NCBI GenBank assembly: GCA_051362555.1
Contig: CM120641.1
Location: 14,198,001-14,262,000, forward strand
From: Lingula anatina
Taxonomy: Eukaryota > Animalia > Brachiopoda
DNA length: 64,000 nucleotides
Reading direction: 5' to 3'
Part shown: positions 63,995 to 64,000 of the stretch, piece after piece
How positions within the stretch are numbered: the first letter of the stretch is position 1
Layout: each line of letters starts with the position of its first letter
Translations under genes and position numbers: made by a program
Notes under the pieces: generated by a model
Databases searched by the model: none
Told to the model about the DNA's origin: nothing
Seen by the model: the letters and a program-made list of their open reading frames with translations, nothing else

Positions 63995-64000
63995 GTATTG

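Overview
AT-rich animal genomic DNA with spliceosomal introns, probably from a lophotrochozoan or mollusc-like invertebrate (taxon is inferred, not shown). I assembled four genes by hand from splice sites and reading frames. (1) A 23-exon NWD1-like STAND protein (DUF4062-like/NACHT/WD40; + strand, 811-17701, about 1661 aa) with two GC-AG introns and a C-terminal polybasic CaaX (CTLL). (2) A 6-exon FUT10/11-type GT10 fucosyltransferase (- strand, 25465-20940, 479 aa). (3) An SRSF3/7-type SR protein (RRM, CCHC knuckle, RS, acidic tail; + strand, 25757-36592, 331 aa) lying head-to-head with gene 2 and carrying three candidate stop-containing cassette exons. (4) A neuregulin/vein-like EGF ligand (+ strand, from 45468, probably running past the window end). 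Gene 4 has two duplicated, apparently mutually exclusive exons for the EGF C-loop (NRG alpha/beta-like) and an in-frame acidic cassette exon in the middle of a basic Ig domain. Mobile DNA comprises two Helentron-type non-autonomous elements (HINE/DINE-like) with internal tandem arrays, a 940-bp MITE with 110-bp TIRs and a 5-bp TSD, and a degenerate PIF/Harbinger-like MITE. All gene models are manual predictions without transcript evidence.
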